Part shown: positions 10,321-20,160 of the stretch, piece by piece
Position numbering within the stretch: the first letter of the stretch is position 1
How the letters are laid out: every line of letters begins with the position of its first letter
Virus record (IMG/VR): IMGVR_UViG_3300047509_000177
Coordinates: 27,382 to 91,381 of that record
Strand: one strand, 5' to 3'
Origin: a virus
DNA length: 64,000 bases
The notes under the pieces: model-generated
Database searches by the model: none
What the model was told of the DNA's origin: nothing
What the model saw: only the letters and a program-made list of their open reading frames with translations
Translations under genes and position numbers: made by a program

Positions 10321-11451
10321 ATGGCTGTAGGTTCTGGTTTAATATTACAAGCTTCATATACTGAAGATGTTAAGTTCCCTGCATACCAAGATAGGCTTTT
10401 AATGAAGTCTTTAGGTATTCAGGCCGGTGTTGTAGAACCAGAAGATTTCAAAGTATCTGCTGGAACTGGTTTGCAAATTAATGTAAAGAAAGGGAAGTCT
10501 TTTGTAGAACAGACAAAAGCGATAGAGGAATCTAGTAATACATTTTATAATGGATTGTATAACGTTTTAAATCCTATTGAACAAAACCCATATAATAATG
10601 TAGAAGTAAGCGCTGTAAATCCTCAAATCGCTCAGATAATTATTCGAGTATATGACGTTGGGGAGCTGAAAATCGGCGGAGAATCTTATGCCCGGTTAGA
10701 GTGGTTAAACGGTTCTCCTAATGCTTTAGCAACAGAAGCAAAAATGAAAGAAGGCGTATATGAAGGTGCTGCGGCGTTGCCGCAGAGCAGCTTTAGAATA
10801 GCGTATGTGTTAGTTCCTAAAAATGCTACGAAATCTTCTGAATATTATATAGAAGACACTAGAAAATTATCATCTAAATCTTTTTTGCAGTGTAGAGAAG
10901 TGACAGGAAATTATACAGTTTCTAATGGAGAACTTGTTCAAGCTGAAACAGAAAATGCAACTATCACAGCTCCGAAGAATGCACCTGTAAATACTATTGT
11001 TGGAATTTTTGCGGGAGCGAATAATATAAAAATTTCAGCTTTTAATGGTATTATATGGAAAGGGGAATCATTTTCTAGTATAAAATTATCTATAAATCAA
11101 TGCATCATAATGCAAGTGTTATCGTTGGGATCATGGGCTATTATTGCCGGAGAACCTAAGAGGGAAAATAAATATACTAGTACAAGTTATTCAGTCGCCG
11201 AAGCCGAAGTAGGCATAACCCCCAGTGCTGCACGCCCTGCTACTGTAAATCTCGTAGTAACAAGCAAAACCGGAGAAAGTGGATCTGCATCAATTAGTGT
11301 TGGGGGAGAAAATGCTGGGTTTGTTCATTCGCTTTCTGCAACGAGTGAACCTGGGATTCCGTTGACGGTTTGGACCAACCCCGGCGAGAAATGGAATCTA
11401 AGTGCGGCTAGTCACATTGAACGAATTTTTGCTTACACAAAGATACTTTGA
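10321..11451 (+). CDS. Minor tail/baseplate protein
   Basis: FKVSAGTGLQINV...RIAYVLVP...IEDTR pattern of actinophage tail proteins. Confidence 0.65.
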   Translation: MAVGSGLILQASYTEDVKFPAYQDRLLMKSLGIQAGVVEPEDFKVSAGTGLQINVKKGKSFVEQTKAIEESSNTFYNGLYNVLNPIEQNPYNNVEVSAVNPQIAQIIIRVYDVGELKIGGESYARLEWLNGSPNALATEAKMKEGVYEGAAALPQSSFRIAYVLVPKNATKSSEYYIEDTRKLSSKSFLQCREVTGNYTVSNGELVQAETENATITAPKNAPVNTIVGIFAGANNIKISAFNGIIWKGESFSSIKLSINQCIIMQVLSLGSWAIIAGEPKRENKYTSTSYSVAEAEVGITPSAARPATVNLVVTSKTGESGSASISVGGENAGFVHSLSATSEPGIPLTVWTNPGEKWNLSAASHIERIFAYTKIL

Positions 11452-11462
11452 GGCGCGCCGGC

Positions 11463-11801
11463 CTAACTTATTATTACTTGATTATGAACAAGCCGCGCAG
11501 TAGCAATATAAGTGAGGTTTCCAATAATGGCTTTGCTGTTATCATAGATTAGTGTGTGCGCTCCAATCTCTGCAACGTGGCAGACGATGGTAACTAATGA
11601 GTGTCGGTAACATAATGTCAGTACGACTGATATTGGTTCATCTAGTTCTGCATTAGCACGGATATCCGTCTTGGCTCGGGCCATCGCCAAGCCAACTACT
11701 GGCTTATGTTGAAGCTGTCTTTTGCGAATAGTTCGAGAATGAGCCGATGCTGGCACAGCAAATACAAGTGATACAAATATAGACAGCATTATCCTCTTCA
11801 T
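11463..11801 (-). CDS. Small secreted protein (moron-like)
   Basis: Signal peptide MKRIML...VPASA; opposite strand to the tail operon. Confidence 0.55.
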   Translation of the reverse strand: MKRIMLSIFVSLVFAVPASAHSRTIRKRQLQHKPVVGLAMARAKTDIRANAELDEPISVVLTLCYRHSLVTIVCHVAEIGAHTLIYDNSKAIIGNLTYIATARLVHNQVIIS

Positions 11802-12097
11802 TATATATCCTTAATTAAGTAAGATTTATTGAGAGTATATAAGCTATAAAACAACTAAGTATTATAGCAAATATAGAAAATATTATGTATATAGTAGTAT
11901 AGTTCATAGCTTTCAGCGCAAAACGCGCCGAGAAGAAGATATTATCATAAAGCTCTTAGTTGCGTCAAGCTTCTTCCTATGCTAGACTTCATATGCTCCA
12001 GATGGAGTCCGAGTTCTCCCTTTCCCTCGCTCTGTCTGAGGCTCTTTTACTGCTACGCTATGTCTAGCGGTAGAAGTTGCACATAAAGGGTTTCTAA

Positions 12098-13090
12098 ATG
12101 AGTAGTTCTGGCGCGAAACAAACGGGCGGGGAACCTGGTGAAAAGGGAGAAAAGGGTTCTTCTATTATTACAGAAGAAGGTATCCCTAAAGAAAGTACAG
12201 GGAACATAGGAGATTGGTATATTGATAAATCTACTATGCATATGTATGGTCCTAAGTCTAAAACTGGTTGGACTTTTTATGGAAGCATAGTTGGCCCTAA
12301 AGGAGAACGGGGAGAAATTGGACCTACTGGTCTTGTAGGCTCTCAGGGGGAAAAAGGTGCTGCTGGTTCTGAAGGTCCTCGTGGCCTTGTTGGAGAAAAA
12401 GGCGTAAAAGGAGATACCGGCGCGACTGGCGCGCAAGGCGCTCAGGGCCTGCAAGGAATTCAAGGAGCTAAAGGAGAAGTTGGTTCCCAAGGAGAACGTG
12501 GGCTAGCTGGAGAAAAAGGCTCTACGGGGCTGACAGGGACTACAGGGACTACAGGTGCGAAAGGGGAAGCAGGTTCGGTTGGTGCTACGGGACCAGCGGG
12601 GGAAAAAGGAGCTGTTGGTTCGCAGGGGACTCAGGGAATTGAAGGGCCGAAAGGAGCAACGGGAACTACAGGTCTAACAGGATCGGAAGGTCCTAAAGGT
12701 TCTACAGGCTCTACGGGAGCGGAAGGGCTGAAAGGATCAACAGGCAATACAGGTTCAGCAGCTACTTTGGGAGAATGGAAATCTCTTTCTTTAGAAACTG
12801 GTATTACAAATAAAGGCGAACCTTATAGCAATGCCGAATGTTCAAAAGATTCTTTGGGAATTGTATACCTTCGCGGTGTTGTAAAAAGTTCTGGGTTATT
12901 GTCAAAAGAAGCTACTTTAGCAACTTTGCCAGAAGGATATAGACCAGCTAAGCAACAATCTATTACATCTAATTTGGGTGGAACTTTAGGGAATTTATTT
13001 ATACTCACAAATGGGAAAATTCAAATAAGTTTGGGAGTAAGCTTAGAAACACCTTTTTATTTTGATGGTGTGGTGTTTCCGCTAGTTTGA
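12098..13090 (+). CDS. Collagen-like tail fibre protein
   Basis: Extensive G-X-Y triplets; C-terminal VYLRG...LPEGYRP receptor-binding-type domain. Confidence 0.85.
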   Translation: MSSSGAKQTGGEPGEKGEKGSSIITEEGIPKESTGNIGDWYIDKSTMHMYGPKSKTGWTFYGSIVGPKGERGEIGPTGLVGSQGEKGAAGSEGPRGLVGEKGVKGDTGATGAQGAQGLQGIQGAKGEVGSQGERGLAGEKGSTGLTGTTGTTGAKGEAGSVGATGPAGEKGAVGSQGTQGIEGPKGATGTTGLTGSEGPKGSTGSTGAEGLKGSTGNTGSAATLGEWKSLSLETGITNKGEPYSNAECSKDSLGIVYLRGVVKSSGLLSKEATLATLPEGYRPAKQQSITSNLGGTLGNLFILTNGKIQISLGVSLETPFYFDGVVFPLV

Positions 13091-13288
13091 AATTACACAA
13101 TGGACTTGACATTAGCGTGGTTCTCGATTTTCTAGTAAAATCTTCCTTAGAAGGCTAAAGGCCAGTAAAATGTACGCAGAGCAAGCCGAGCGGGTGCTCC
13201 TGGACAAAAGGACGGCTGCTAATGGGGTTATCGAATGGTATTTGCTCAGATGTTTTTCTGGATCTCTCCGCACGAGGCTTAGCGCCCG

Positions 13289-13597
13289 ATGGAGAGAGCC
13301 ACATCAGCTTGGAATGATGCCAGGCTTGATGACCTTGCGCGGGAAGTAGATCGCTTGCGACCTCTAGCTGTTGAGTTCGAGCGCTTATCAGGGAATATTC
13401 ATGGGCTTAAATCTGAATTAGGTTCGACGCGGTATGAGATGGAAGGTCTTAGAAAAGATATTAGATCTTTTATTGGTAATCCCATTGCGGAAAAGAGACA
13501 GAGAAATTCAGCATTATATGTAAGTTTAGTGGCGGCTATTGGCGGTGGCGCTTTTGTCTATGTTCTTTCGCTGCTTACAGGAGCGCCGGTACATTGA
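13289..13597 (+). CDS. Coiled-coil membrane protein (C-terminal TM)
   Basis: Coiled coil plus one hydrophobic helix. Confidence 0.55.
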   Translation: MERATSAWNDARLDDLAREVDRLRPLAVEFERLSGNIHGLKSELGSTRYEMEGLRKDIRSFIGNPIAEKRQRNSALYVSLVAAIGGGAFVYVLSLLTGAPVH

Positions 13598-14409
13598 TAC
13601 GAACAGTCCTTACAAATTCTTCTGCTACTGCTTACGCTTTAACTAAATCTGGTTTGGCGATCGGGGCGGCATTTTTGGGCGGTGTAGTAGTATCTATTGC
13701 TATAGGATGGTCAGCTTTAAATAACACTCATTCTCTTAATAGCGAAAATAGGCGGTTGGTTTCTAGGTTAGAAAATGTAGTAATGTATCAAAAAACTCAG
13801 ATTAGTGAAGCTAGAGAAGCAAATTGTAAGCTAAAGTTATATGATGTTTTGAGTGGGAGAGCAGGAACAATATTATTTAAAAAGGCTAAGGTTATTAACA
13901 AGACTTTTGAAGAGGGAATTAATCATACTTTGGAAGTTGTGGAATCTATTCCGGCAAAGAAAAATTGTACAGCAATTTTTATTGAATCAAAAGGAAAAAA
14001 GAAAAAGCAAATAGGTGGTTTAACTCCTTCTGATATTAAAAATGCTAATATAGTATTGGGAGAAATTTTAGAAGAACCGCGAGCGCAGAGACATAACGAA
14101 AGTAAAGCTCAGAAAAAATTCGAACATAAGAAATTTACAAATCATAATGCTTTTCGACTTCATAGAGGAGCGCATAAGAAAAAAGTTCCTTCTGTGATTA
14201 CTTCTCCGCCTGCTCCAATTGTTATTTCTGCGCCTACTCAAACTGCTTCATCGCCAGTTACTGCCGAAAGTAGTAAGCACGAAAAGCGTGAAGAAAAGAA
14301 GGAAGAACGCGAAAATATAAAGCAAGAAAAGAAAAACGAAAAGTGTGCCGCAGAAGTAAGTGTGGGGAATAGAATTGGCTTAGAACAAGAATTGAAAATA
14401 TGCTATTGA
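13594..14409 (+). CDS. Membrane-anchored protein
   Basis: N-terminal TM helix; Pro-rich and charged tail. Confidence 0.5.
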   Translation: MIRTVLTNSSATAYALTKSGLAIGAAFLGGVVVSIAIGWSALNNTHSLNSENRRLVSRLENVVMYQKTQISEAREANCKLKLYDVLSGRAGTILFKKAKVINKTFEEGINHTLEVVESIPAKKNCTAIFIESKGKKKKQIGGLTPSDIKNANIVLGEILEEPRAQRHNESKAQKKFEHKKFTNHNAFRLHRGAHKKKVPSVITSPPAPIVISAPTQTASSPVTAESSKHEKREEKKEERENIKQEKKNEKCAAEVSVGNRIGLEQELKICY

Positions 14410-14436
14410 GCGTTTTCAATAGAATGTAGTGAGATA

Positions 14437-14976
14437 ATGGCTAAATCTACATGGACGCTTGAATCGCTTAAGGAGATGCATGATCATGATTTAGCCGCAA
14501 AAGAGAAATTATTCCTAGCTGAAATTCATAGATTAGATGAGGGAGTAAAAGCGGCTCAGGTAGCGCTTGAATTATTAGCTGATGAGCGTCGTAGAGCACA
14601 AGATAAGTTTGAAGATACAGTTACGGCTAGATTTGTGCAAATTAATGAGTTTCGCGGCGCTCTCGATGATCTTGGAAAAGATATGGCTACACGGCGTGAA
14701 CTCGAAGCGTCAATGGAAGCTGTAAGAACTGAGCGTGCATCTTTGGTCACAGCAAATGATGCTAGATTGTCTGAACATAGCAAACAAATAATTGATTTAA
14801 GAAGTAGGCTAGATGTTGGCCCTATAGAGCTACGAACTTTACAAGATAGATCTAACCAATCTATCGGTGCAGAAAGAAAGGAGAGGAACGTAGGTCTGGA
14901 TATTAGATCCAATATCGGATTGATTATAGCTTTATTGACTTTAGCATATTTAGTAGCTAGCGGTCACTTGCATTAA
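14437..14976 (+). CDS. Coiled-coil membrane protein
   Basis: Coiled coil plus C-terminal TM helix. Confidence 0.55.
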   Translation: MAKSTWTLESLKEMHDHDLAAKEKLFLAEIHRLDEGVKAAQVALELLADERRRAQDKFEDTVTARFVQINEFRGALDDLGKDMATRRELEASMEAVRTERASLVTANDARLSEHSKQIIDLRSRLDVGPIELRTLQDRSNQSIGAERKERNVGLDIRSNIGLIIALLTLAYLVASGHLH

Positions 14977-15007
14977 GGCGTCGAGCGGTAGCAGGCTGTG
15001 GGCCAAC

Positions 15008-15037
15008 TTGACAGAATGTAGTTTTGTGTGGTATGAT
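15008..15037 (+). promoter_or_regulatory. Sigma70/SigA-type promoter, likely leaderless transcript
   Basis: TTGACA-18 bp-TATGAT with extended TG; GTG start 6 nt downstream and no Shine-Dalgarno. Confidence 0.7.
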
Positions 15038-15043
15038 ATCTAA

Positions 15044-16477
15044 GTGGAGTCTATAAATATAATTATTGATAGTTCGATAAGATTTAATCCACAAGATCTT
15101 CCAAAGCAAGTTTTAGACGAGATCTTTAATCAATTAAGAGTTCCTAATCCGCAGAAGTCAATTGCGGAACGAGAGATGTTATGGAATGCTGATGATATTC
15201 CTGAGTATCTTGAGATATGGAAGTATAATGGGCATAATGAATTGATATTACCTAGAGGATTTTTATTTGATCTAGATGAAATATTTAAAAATGAAGATAT
15301 AAAATACAACAATATAGATAAAACTTTATCTAATAATACGAATTATGAAGTTTCTCAAATTGATTTGAGAGATTATCAATGGAAGGCTTTCCACCAATTG
15401 ATGATGTATGGGTGTGGTATTTACAAGGCTCCAACCGGAGCAGGTAAGTCTCATGTGATGTTGGAGGTTATAAGACAAGCTAAACAAAAATCCTTGATTA
15501 TATGTGAAAAGAGAGATATAGCTCAGCAATGGTATAGAACTGCTAATATGTTGGGGTTTAATTCAAGTCTTGCTAGTGGGCATCACTTTAATGATAACTG
15601 TGATTTAGTTATAGTTCTTAGACAAACACTTTGGCATAAAGAATTAGATCAAGAATGGTATAACCAATGGGGACTAATTGTGTGGGATGAGATGCATCAT
15701 CTCCAGAGCGCGGAGACGGCTTTCGAGCTGATCCAGCGATTCCCTGCATATTATCGTTATGGCTGCTCAGCGACGCCAGATAGCGATCGTGAGTTATTTC
15801 CAATTGCTCGGGCGGTAATCGGCCCGGTGGTCCATGAGACTAAATTAGAGGAAATAGGAGACCATTTAGTAATTCCCTCCGTGAAAGTGGTGAAGACGGA
15901 TTTTGAGTTTCCCTACCGGCCGACTGTGCGTGCCGGTAGGAAGGTAGTTCGTAATAACTACAATGATATGATGCAAGCCTTGGAAGAAGATAAAAATCGT
16001 AATATAGAAATAATGTCTAAAGCTCATGTATCGGCTCAGGCACAAAGATCGTGTTTAGTAGTTTCTAAAAGAAAGAAACATTTAAATAATTTATATAATA
16101 TTTGGAAAAGCGTAATGGAGCATGCTGCGCCACCTAACTATGGAATCTATTTTCTTACTGGAGATAATTCAAAAGAATTTAATAAAATAAAAGAAGAAAT
16201 AGAGAATAGTTATGGTTGTATTGTATTTTCTACTTTAGCTGACGAGGGTACTGATATTCCTAGATTAGATAGAATATTCCTAGCTTATCCTGGAAGAAAG
16301 CTAAGAGGGTTTGAGCAAACTATTGGCCGCATCATGAGACCGCATCCAAAGAAGAAGGATGCTATAGTATACGACTTTAGAGATTACAAAGTACCAATCT
16401 TAAATAGTCAATATAGATTTAGAGCCCAAAACATATACAATAAAAAGGGATATAAAGTAGAAACTATAAATGGCTAA
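15044..16477 (+). CDS. SF2 DEAD/DEAH-box helicase
   Basis: LRDYQ Q-motif, APTGAGKS, DEMH, SAT, EGTDIP, QTIGRIMR. Confidence 0.92.
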   Translation: MESINIIIDSSIRFNPQDLPKQVLDEIFNQLRVPNPQKSIAEREMLWNADDIPEYLEIWKYNGHNELILPRGFLFDLDEIFKNEDIKYNNIDKTLSNNTNYEVSQIDLRDYQWKAFHQLMMYGCGIYKAPTGAGKSHVMLEVIRQAKQKSLIICEKRDIAQQWYRTANMLGFNSSLASGHHFNDNCDLVIVLRQTLWHKELDQEWYNQWGLIVWDEMHHLQSAETAFELIQRFPAYYRYGCSATPDSDRELFPIARAVIGPVVHETKLEEIGDHLVIPSVKVVKTDFEFPYRPTVRAGRKVVRNNYNDMMQALEEDKNRNIEIMSKAHVSAQAQRSCLVVSKRKKHLNNLYNIWKSVMEHAAPPNYGIYFLTGDNSKEFNKIKEEIENSYGCIVFSTLADEGTDIPRLDRIFLAYPGRKLRGFEQTIGRIMRPHPKKKDAIVYDFRDYKVPILNSQYRFRAQNIYNKKGYKVETING

Positions 16478-16739
16478 AAAGGGAAAGCATTCAGGATATA
16501 CAGAGCTAGGAGCAATCCAATTTAGAAGACTTAGGAAAGGAGATATTGAGTGGTGTTCTAACGAACATTATATTCCTAAGCATAAAGATAAGAGAAGTCC
16601 TAATGCAGGATCAGGATCAAGAAAAAATGCTACTCATACAGTATTTATATTAGGACTACATTCTGCTTATGTATGCGCTAAGTGTAGAAAAGAATGGATA
16701 GATACTTGGAAAAAATATTCACCAATAGAGTATGCATAG
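16470..16739 (+). CDS. Hypothetical protein, possibly Zn-binding
   Basis: CxxxH and CxxC; overlaps the helicase stop. Confidence 0.5.
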   Translation: MAKKGKHSGYTELGAIQFRRLRKGDIEWCSNEHYIPKHKDKRSPNAGSGSRKNATHTVFILGLHSAYVCAKCRKEWIDTWKKYSPIEYA

Positions 16740-16835
16740 TGCGCCTGGGGAGAATTGAACTCCCGACCTCCTGTTTGAAAGACAGGCGCTCTTTGAGACC
16801 CCGAAGGTTCTCGTTTACCACTGAGCTACAGGCGC
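16740..16835 (-). tRNA. Atypical tRNA: anticodon UUC, Val/Lys-like body, extra hairpin in the D-loop
   Basis: GCGCCTG/CAGGCGC acceptor, A73, GCTC/GAGC D-stem, CCTGT-CTTTCAA-ACAGG anticodon arm, GGGAG-TTCAATT-CTCCC T-arm. Confidence 0.8.
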
Positions 16836-16841
16836 ATGAAG

Positions 16842-16924
16842 TGCGGGAGACAGGATTCGAACCTGCAAGCCCTTTCGGACAGACCCTCTTAAGGGGTCCG
16901 CGTCGCCAATTGCGCCACTCCCGC
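16842..16924 (-). tRNA. tRNA-Leu(UAA)
   Basis: GCGGGAG/CTCCCGC, A73, GACCC-CTTAAGA-GGGTC, long variable arm. Confidence 0.92.
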
Positions 16925-16983
16925 AAGAAATCGGCCGAGAAGAATATCATAATAGATTCTCCCCGGCCGAGTAAATCTACTTA

Positions 16984-17334
16984 TTAACCGCTATAGCCAT
17001 CATCCTTGTTACCAGAAATGACGCCAGTACCAGCCAGCTTAGACAGCTTACGAGCCACGTTACGAGCATCGACACCAAGAGCCTTGGCGATGTCCGTGGT
17101 CTTCACGGCGGCAGAACCTGGCGCAGAGGTAAGCTTACCAACAGTCTCTATAACCTGCTCATCAGTAACAACAGAAGTTGACACTCCCTTGCCGCTTTTC
17201 TTGAGCTTCTTGAGAAGTGCGGCAAGTTCATCGCGCTCATCAACTAGGCCAGCAACCTTCGACTTGATCTCATCTTCAACCTTCTGAAGCTTGCCCTCAA
17301 TTTCTTGGGCTAGCTTATCTGCAACTGCGCTCAC
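16984..17334 (-). CDS. Coiled-coil plus winged-helix DNA-binding protein
   Basis: TTDIAKALGVDARNVARKLSKL wHTH; good RBS; GC-richer codons. Confidence 0.75.
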   Translation of the reverse strand: MSAVADKLAQEIEGKLQKVEDEIKSKVAGLVDERDELAALLKKLKKSGKGVSTSVVTDEQVIETVGKLTSAPGSAAVKTTDIAKALGVDARNVARKLSKLAGTGVISGNKDDGYSG

Positions 17335-17379
17335 GATATTCTCCTCTGATTAGATTTGGGGTATAAAGAACGTAAGAAC

Positions 17380-17409
17380 ACAATAGCATACATAGAAAGT
17401 GAATGTCAA
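17380..17409 (-). promoter_or_regulatory. Promoter for the wHTH gene and the two downstream tRNAs
   Basis: TTGACA-18 bp-TATTGT with extended TG on the minus strand. Confidence 0.6.
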
Positions 17410-17761
17410 GGACTTTCTGAAAGAAGTTCTAGATTCTAGTTCTTAGGGGGCGTTTTTGGCTTGGATGCTAGAATATACGGCGGTTTGTGTGGACTGAAAC
17501 AAACAATTTAGAATATGAATCTAAAAGGAGATTATAAAAAAGAATGTCTTTAGTAGTGGATAATAGAAATAGATTACATGCTGTTGAGCAATTGAAAAAG
17601 GGACTTAAGAATAAGGATAACCTAGATGAGGGCGTTGAGGAGCTGAGGATGCTTGCAGCAATAGCCAACTCTTTAATATATGTAGGGGATACTTTGAAAG
17701 AATTAAATGATAATATGAAAGAAGAAGATTGGTCTAATTCAGATAATAGAATAGGAGCCTA

Positions 17762-18106
17762 ATGGCTGCGGAGACTCCCCAATTAAAATTAGCAAGAGAA
17801 GAGGGAGAGAAGAACTTAGTAGAACAAGATATTCCTCTAGATCCTAATGGAAGACCATTCATTAGAATATCTTGTTCGGCAGCAGAGTTGATTCCTACAG
17901 TCCAATATGGAAATGTTACGGTGGGACCTACAAGTGTTGTTGTATGGGTTCCATTTGGTTTTAAAGGTTTTAATGATGAAGAAACAAATAGTATAAAGAT
18001 TGCTATTAGAGCTACTCAAACTCTTTGTGAGGAAGCTATAGCAGAAGATCGTCAGTCAGTTCATGCTTTAACACGCCAATCTACAGAAGGAAGATACCAA
18101 GATTAA
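17762..18106 (+). CDS. Hypothetical protein
   Basis: IPTVQYGNV motif; packed in the operon. Confidence 0.55.
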   Translation: MAAETPQLKLAREEGEKNLVEQDIPLDPNGRPFIRISCSAAELIPTVQYGNVTVGPTSVVVWVPFGFKGFNDEETNSIKIAIRATQTLCEEAIAEDRQSVHALTRQSTEGRYQD

Positions 18107-18107
18107 T

Positions 18108-18899
18108 ATGAGCGCTATAGAAGATCTACAGACATTTCCTATAGATAAGGCAGCAGAACTAATTTCAGAAATCAATGGCAGAAATTCTTATTATGAAGCA
18201 AAGCAATTATATGAATATGCAAAGAGTTCTGAATGCAGCTTTAGTGAACTAGTAGATAGAAGAATCAATCATGAGCCTGTAGCATATATTACTAACCATT
18301 GCAAGTTTAGGGGATTAGATTTATTTATCGATAACAGAGTTTTAGTCCCTCGTAGTGAGACTGAACCTTTGGTCGAAGTTGCCGTGGAGTCTCTTCCAAA
18401 AAATTCAAGTGTTATCGATGTGGGAACTGGAAGCGGCGAGGTAGCGCTTGCAGTAAAGAATGAGCGTCCTGATTTAACTGTTCTTGGAACTGATATTAGT
18501 AAAGATGCTCTCGATGTTGCTTCTATCAATTCAACTACTCTTGAGCTTGATGTTGATTGGCATGAAGCCGATTTGCTGGAAGGAATTAAGGGAGAATATA
18601 ACGCAGTATTAGCCAATTTGCCTTATTTGCCTACGACTAAGCGCGATTCGTATGAGCCTGAGATGGTGGATTATGAGCCGCAGGTGGCGCTGTGGGGCGG
18701 GAAGGATGGCTACGATCTCATCCGGCGGCTTCTCGTTGGCGTGGCTAAGCGTTCTGCTGTATCATTTGTAGCCTTAGAGATAGGGCTCACGCAAGAGAAG
18801 GATGTGGCGGAGTTTGTACGCAAAGCAGGTTTCCCCACAGTCTTTTGTACAACTGATAAGAAATCTCAAATAAGATGCGTAGTCGGTAAAAGATTTTAA
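18108..18899 (+). CDS. prmC: Release-factor glutamine methyltransferase (PrmC/HemK)
   Basis: RRINHEPVAYI, VLVPRSETE, DVGTGSG, NLPY, EPQVALWGG.DG, LEIG. Confidence 0.9.
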   Translation: MSAIEDLQTFPIDKAAELISEINGRNSYYEAKQLYEYAKSSECSFSELVDRRINHEPVAYITNHCKFRGLDLFIDNRVLVPRSETEPLVEVAVESLPKNSSVIDVGTGSGEVALAVKNERPDLTVLGTDISKDALDVASINSTTLELDVDWHEADLLEGIKGEYNAVLANLPYLPTTKRDSYEPEMVDYEPQVALWGGKDGYDLIRRLLVGVAKRSAVSFVALEIGLTQEKDVAEFVRKAGFPTVFCTTDKKSQIRCVVGKRF

Positions 18900-18912
18900 T
18901 TAAGGAGATAAG

Positions 18913-20160
18913 GTGGATCATGAGCGCGCCGTTCTTTCAAGTGCCTTGCAAACAGGTAATATATCCACTTTATTAGCGAAAGGTATCGAAAGTCGGCATT
19001 TCACTTCTACTAAATCTGGAGAAGAAGTAAAAGATGTTTTTGAGTTTTCCACTCATCATGCACGAAAATATGGTGTCTCGCCTAGTTTGCAGATAGTTAA
19101 AAGTAATTTTCCTAATTGGCGCGGAGAACCTTCGTCAGATCCGTTAGAAGCTTTAGCAGATCAGTTTTTAAATGATGTACGTAGAAGATTTTTTGCAGCG
19201 AAGGTATTGGAGTTAGCCCAAGCAGAAAGCAATCCAGCTAACTGGTCTAAATTAGATGAGATTATGCTTGATGCGGCACGGGATTTGGCGGGAGTAATTC
19301 CTTCCGGTCAAGTTTCTCGTGTAAGAGCAGAAATGCAAGAACGTATCGACCAGTATGAAATTGATAAGGCGGAAGGTAAAATCGCAGGAATAAAATGCGG
19401 TATCCCTCTATTTGATGATTTGACTGATGGTTTCCAACAGGGAGATATCGTCACTGTGGCGGGGTATTCAGGTCGCGGGAAGTCTTTTACTTCCCAGAGT
19501 TTCCTTGCTAATGCTATAGACCAAGGTAAAAATGCCTTACTTATGTCTCTTGAGATGAGCACAAAACAGATAATGGATCGTTTTGATACTATGACTATGA
19601 ACTTTAGCCATAGAGATTTACGAAAGCGACAATTGCCAGACAGTGAGATTGAGAACTGGCGACGAGCGGCACAGAAATTTAAAGATGCTAAAAATGATTT
19701 AGTTGTGGTTGATAAATTAGGAAACTGTACTGTAGATAGGGTATATGCTGAGATTAATCGTTATAAACCAGATATCACTTGTGTGGATTATGTGCAATTG
19801 ATGAAGGGGTCTAAATCATCTATGTCGAAGTGGGAGGGGCTTGTAGAGATAACGAATGAATTGAAGTCTGTCGCTCTTGCTACTGACTCAACAATAATTA
19901 TGGTTAGTCAAGATCAGAGAAATTCGGCGCAGGAGGGATCAACAGAAAGCAATATGGGAGGATCAATCTCAGTTCTTCAGGCTGCTGATATTTATATTGG
20001 AATGATGCAAGATGAAGAAATGCGTCAGCAGAAGAAAATTCTGATGAGACTTATTAAGAATCGTAATGGATCTCCTGGCGAGTCGGATGTACTTTGCGAC
20101 CCTGAATTCGGAAAGTTCCAACCTTGGGAACGTCAAAGCGAGTTCTTCGATAAAGGATAA
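18913..20160 (+). CDS. dnaB: Replicative DnaB-like helicase
   Basis: GYSGRGKS, SLEM, VDYVQLM, VSQ, KNRNG. Confidence 0.9.
   Translation: MDHERAVLSSALQTGNISTLLAKGIESRHFTSTKSGEEVKDVFEFSTHHARKYGVSPSLQIVKSNFPNWRGEPSSDPLEALADQFLNDVRRRFFAAKVLELAQAESNPANWSKLDEIMLDAARDLAGVIPSGQVSRVRAEMQERIDQYEIDKAEGKIAGIKCGIPLFDDLTDGFQQGDIVTVAGYSGRGKSFTSQSFLANAIDQGKNALLMSLEMSTKQIMDRFDTMTMNFSHRDLRKRQLPDSEIENWRRAAQKFKDAKNDLVVVDKLGNCTVDRVYAEINRYKPDITCVDYVQLMKGSKSSMSKWEGLVEITNELKSVALATDSTIIMVSQDQRNSAQEGSTESNMGGSISVLQAADIYIGMMQDEEMRQQKKILMRLIKNRNGSPGESDVLCDPEFGKFQPWERQSEFFDKG

Noticed and set aside
4503-13090. Diversity-generating retroelement or shufflon acting on tail fibres
   Set aside because: No reverse transcriptase, invertase or TR/VR pair seen; the repeats are protein-level beta-helix and collagen repeats
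16678-16987. ORFs 16678-16950 and 16694-16987 (also 46332-46559, 46505-46720, 46784-46969, 47475-47678)
   Set aside because: They overlap tRNA genes and are spurious translations
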